IMG/VR virus record: IMGVR_UViG_2541047163_000022
Reading direction: 5' to 3' (one strand)
From: a virus
Taxonomy: Duplodnaviria; Heunggongvirae; Uroviricota; Caudoviricetes
Length of the DNA stretch: 8,081 nt
A program made the position numbers and the translations under genes. Shown in pieces: positions 5,899 through 8,081 of the stretch (positions are counted from its first letter, which is position 1; each line of letters starts with the position of its first letter). The notes beneath the pieces are model-generated. The model worked only from the letters and a program-made list of their open reading frames with translations. It did no database searches and was not told the DNA's origin.

Positions 5899-6452
5899 TG
5901 ATTCACCTCCTGCGGCGGTTCTGGTAGCGACATCCAGTGGGTTGCTTGCCTAAGATCATTACCCGGACTAACTGCTATACCTCCGCGCCGGAACGTGCCT
6001 CCGAGATAGCGTGCGGAATATATTAATGGCCCAGCCTCGCTATCGATATTCATCGAAATAAGCACGTTCTGGCTCTTTTCAGGCATTCGCTCAGTACAGC
6101 TTATCCAGCCATCCAGAGTTATCGGAGATCTGGTTGACGTTTCCGAGATTTCCCGAAAATTGTTGGTTGACGAATTCTTATTTTCCCGAAAGTTTCCGGC
6201 CTGAAGCATGGCGACGCGGCAGGCGTTCCAGCCATCAGCATATGTTTTAGTTACACCGTCGAGATGGCAGGTAAGCAAATCCATTTCATCAGGCACTACC
6301 ATTGCTATCGGCTCTGCTTCCAGTGATGCCAGCGCGATACGAAACACATTAGCCAGCAGGCTGTCTGAAGACTTGTTATCGTGCGCCGAGTCGCTCAGGA
6401 AGCCTGTGATGTATGATTTAATCTCCGCGCGTTCTCTGGTAATAGTGCTCAT
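5895..6452 (-). CDS. Prophage protein with a C-terminal DUF551-like domain (family recalled from the ...HWMSLPEPP C-terminal motif)
   Basis: 185-aa ORF; ATG at 6452 with AAGGAAAA about 8 nt upstream; C-terminus ...ATHWMSLPEPPQEVNQ. Contains an in-frame 33-bp imperfect tandem duplication (peptides NFRENKNSSTN / NFREISETSTR). Confidence 0.7.
   Translation of the reverse strand: MSTITRERAEIKSYITGFLSDSAHDNKSSDSLLANVFRIALASLEAEPIAMVVPDEMDLLTCHLDGVTKTYADGWNACRVAMLQAGNFRENKNSSTNNFREISETSTRSPITLDGWISCTERMPEKSQNVLISMNIDSEAGPLIYSARYLGGTFRRGGIAVSPGNDLRQATHWMSLPEPPQEVNQ
6131..6196. repeat. Two imperfect 33-bp tandem copies inside the DUF551-like coding sequence (in-frame 11-codon duplication)
   Basis: TGGTTGACG occurs at 6131-6139 and 6164-6172; TTTCCCGAAA occurs at 6150-6159 and 6182-6191. 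Both pairs are 32-33 nt apart; roughly 70-75% identity between copies by hand alignment. Confidence 0.5.
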
Positions 6453-6453
6453 A

Positions 6454-6672
6454 TCAGTTTTCCTTATACGGATTAATTTTATTGTGCAGTGCGCTGAATG
6501 ATTCCCATGTCACATCGGTATATAGCTCAATAACTGGTTCAAATGTCCTTCCAATTATCCAGACCAGTAATAGCGGGGATATCGGTATCATCAACACTAT
6601 AAACAGAATGAAAAACAGAAACTCTGTTGTTCTGCTCTTTCGTGGGTAATTTTTTTCTAAATAATGTTTCAT
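6454..6672 (-). CDS. Small hypothetical membrane protein (one predicted transmembrane helix)
   Basis: 72-aa ORF with hydrophobic stretch FLFFILFIVLMIPISPLLLVWIIG. Its stop (6456..6454) lies 1 nt before the DUF551-like ATG (6452). Shine-Dalgarno weak; a GC hairpin sits in its 5' leader. Confidence 0.5.
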   Translation of the reverse strand: MKHYLEKNYPRKSRTTEFLFFILFIVLMIPISPLLLVWIIGRTFEPVIELYTDVTWESFSALHNKINPYKEN

Positions 6673-6799
6673 TTCTTACCGCCCTTTCGGGCGGCCTCCT
6701 GATGTTCTGAGGGTGCAGGAATCCCTCCGGTTAAGGATTTAATAAAAATCGTTTCTGATTTAAATCTTCAGTATTTAGTTGTTAGTTGGTTTATCGCCT

Positions 6800-7111
6800 T
6801 TATGCTTCAGCCTTATTTCGCAACCAGACACAAACCGGGCCATCTTCCGTATCATGAATGGAACCAATAAACCAGCCATCGCCCTCTGGTCGTTCCGGTT
6901 CCCATGCAGAAATATCAGCATCACACGCATCAAGGTCAGCACATCCTTCATCTCTGAAGCAGAGGACGTATTGAAGATTATTTTCCTCCATCCAGGCGTT
7001 AAACTCTTCCGTTGAAATATATTCCCGACCATCACAGAATTTTTCATATTCAGGATGTGTCCAGTAGCCATATCCGTCACGAACTACCGGCATTTCTTTA
7101 ATTTCACTCAC
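6800..7111 (-). CDS. Highly acidic, Cys-rich small phage protein (about 25 Asp/Glu versus 8 Lys/Arg in 103 aa by hand count); function unknown
   Basis: The ORF starts with GTG at 7111..7109 (the track displays M), preceded by a strong AGGAGG about 7 nt upstream (rc of 7112-7125). It overlaps the upstream gene's stop by 8 nt. Confidence 0.65.
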   Translation of the reverse strand: MSEIKEMPVVRDGYGYWTHPEYEKFCDGREYISTEEFNAWMEENNLQYVLCFRDEGCADLDACDADISAWEPERPEGDGWFIGSIHDTEDGPVCVWLRNKAEA

Positions 7112-7331
7112 TGTTAACCTCCTGCAACGCTACACGATACGCCTTCTTTATCCACGCCTTACTGCCATATAATTTCGTCTTCATAATAAACACACCTGCA
7201 CGACTCGCCGATATCCCCGGACAGGTTAACAGCACAGCATCCACCACACGGTTATGCTTCCGAAACTCCATTACAGTACTGCTGATAACCACCTGCCCCA
7301 CCGGGCCGTAATCCTGATACAGGATTTTCAC
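7104..7331 (-). CDS. Hypothetical small phage protein
   Basis: 75-aa ORF with a GTG start at 7331..7329 overlapping the upstream stop (GTGA), and AGGAGGG about 9 nt upstream. Part of the coupled - strand chain. Confidence 0.55.
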   Translation of the reverse strand: MKILYQDYGPVGQVVISSTVMEFRKHNRVVDAVLLTCPGISASRAGVFIMKTKLYGSKAWIKKAYRVALQEVNSE

Positions 7332-7609
7332 GCAGACACCCTCCTGTCGAAATAAACGTAGTTATTCACTATGCGCAGCGGCATGCCTAATTTTCTGGCA
7401 ATTTCCCTTCTTTGCATGCCTCTCTGATGCAGTTGCCGCGCCAGCTCAATATCACGCTGAGAATATTTTGCCGACGGGTGAAAATCACCACGTAACATCA
7501 TGCTGATGCCCAGCTCCCGTGCCTTCGTTCTCACTGCCGCTTCAGTTCGTCCGATAAGTGCGCCAACGCTTTTTACCTTCATCGTTCCCGCACACTGCCG
7601 GAGTATCAT
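7328..7609 (-). CDS. Hypothetical phage protein with helix-turn-helix-like basic segments (possible DNA-binding protein); start uncertain
   Basis: ORF track gives 7328..7732 (134 aa), but that overlaps the upstream gene by 91 bp. Internal ATGs at 7609 (MILRQ...) and 7582 (MKVKSVGALIGRTEAAVRTKARELGIS...) are more plausible. Segments such as IGRTEAAVRTKARELGIS and RREIARKLGMPLRIV look like HTH elements. Confidence 0.5.
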   Translation of the reverse strand: MILRQCAGTMKVKSVGALIGRTEAAVRTKARELGISMMLRGDFHPSAKYSQRDIELARQLHQRGMQRREIARKLGMPLRIVNNYVYFDRRVSA

Positions 7610-7641
7610 GATTTCCGCCCGGCACCACGTCTTCCACCCAC

Positions 7642-8049
7642 TCACCGCTGCTGTTCTCTGGTGGCGGTAATATCCCGGAGAATATCCCGGCACTTGTTCA
7701 GCTCCCGCAGCGCGGCGCAGACTCGCTCCCACTTCTGAACCTGACCTTTTGCCCGGCGCAGCTCGCGGTTAGCCACATGCAGCGATGGTAAAATCAGACC
7801 ATCCGGATGCTTTCTGGTGAACGACGGCTGTGACTGCACTGTGACCGCCACACTTTCCGTTTTTATTTCTTCCTGTGTTTCCGCTTCCCCGACTGGTAAC
7901 GCAACACCTGCTGGCTGAGGAAAGGCTTTACCATCCGTTTCCGTTATGGATGCGGCTTTCGGCTCTGCCGGTAAATCAGCGCCCGGTATGCAGTAACGAA
8001 ATTTACCGCCCTGATTCACGCGAATCAGACGACCTTTGCTGACAGCCAT
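7642..8049 (-). CDS. Hypothetical phage protein (basic, coiled-coil-like C-terminus)
   Basis: 135-aa ORF on the same strand as the rest of the phage chain; backbone-like GC. No obvious Shine-Dalgarno, so it may be coupled to a gene beyond the window edge. Confidence 0.5.
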   Translation of the reverse strand: MAVSKGRLIRVNQGGKFRYCIPGADLPAEPKAASITETDGKAFPQPAGVALPVGEAETQEEIKTESVAVTVQSQPSFTRKHPDGLILPSLHVANRELRRAKGQVQKWERVCAALRELNKCRDILRDITATREQQR

Positions 8050-8081
8050 CGCCAGTGATGAATTCGCCCGGCGGGAGGTAA

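Noticed and set aside
6208-7015. + strand ORFs 6208..6501 and 6779..7015, and - strand ORF 6775..7080
   Set aside because: They are antisense to, or frame-shifted overlaps of, the DUF551-like and acidic-protein genes. The 6800..7111 frame has the strong AGGAGG ribosome-binding site, so the alternative frames are rejected.
7328-7732. Full-length 134-aa version of the HTH-like gene
   Set aside because: The first 41 codons would overlap the upstream 135-aa gene by 91 bp in another frame. Internal starts at 7609 or 7582 give a compact arrangement consistent with the rest of the coupled chain, though the exact start remains uncertain.
1-8081. CRISPR array, IS element or transposon, integrase
   Set aside because: No regularly spaced direct repeats, no terminal inverted repeats flanking a transposase-like ORF, and no recombinase motifs were seen anywhere in the window.

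Overview
The window reads as a lambdoid-type prophage early/nin-region backbone (GC roughly one half, by eye) transcribed right-to-left on the - strand, interrupted at about 1650-5700 by a ~4 kb low-GC islet (roughly one third GC, by eye). The backbone is a chain of small, tightly packed, often start/stop-overlapping - strand genes: a DUF551-like protein, a very acidic Cys-rich protein, a DUF1367-like/DUF1364-like pair and a downstream protein sitting where Q-type antiterminators usually sit. The islet carries three genes with their own promoters: on the + strand a 463-aa protein with N-terminal GHKL/Bergerat-fold ATPase motifs (MORC/MutL-like layout), translationally coupled to a 330-aa protein with no motif I can recognise; convergent to them, and overlapping their 3' end by 33 bp, a complete DNA (cytosine-5)-methyltransferase with all canonical motifs. 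I interpret this as a candidate, possibly undescribed, modification-linked phage-defence module carried as a prophage moron. The functional link between the three genes is inference only. No tRNA, rRNA, CRISPR array, integrase or transposase was seen. All family assignments are from motif reading and memory, not from searches.
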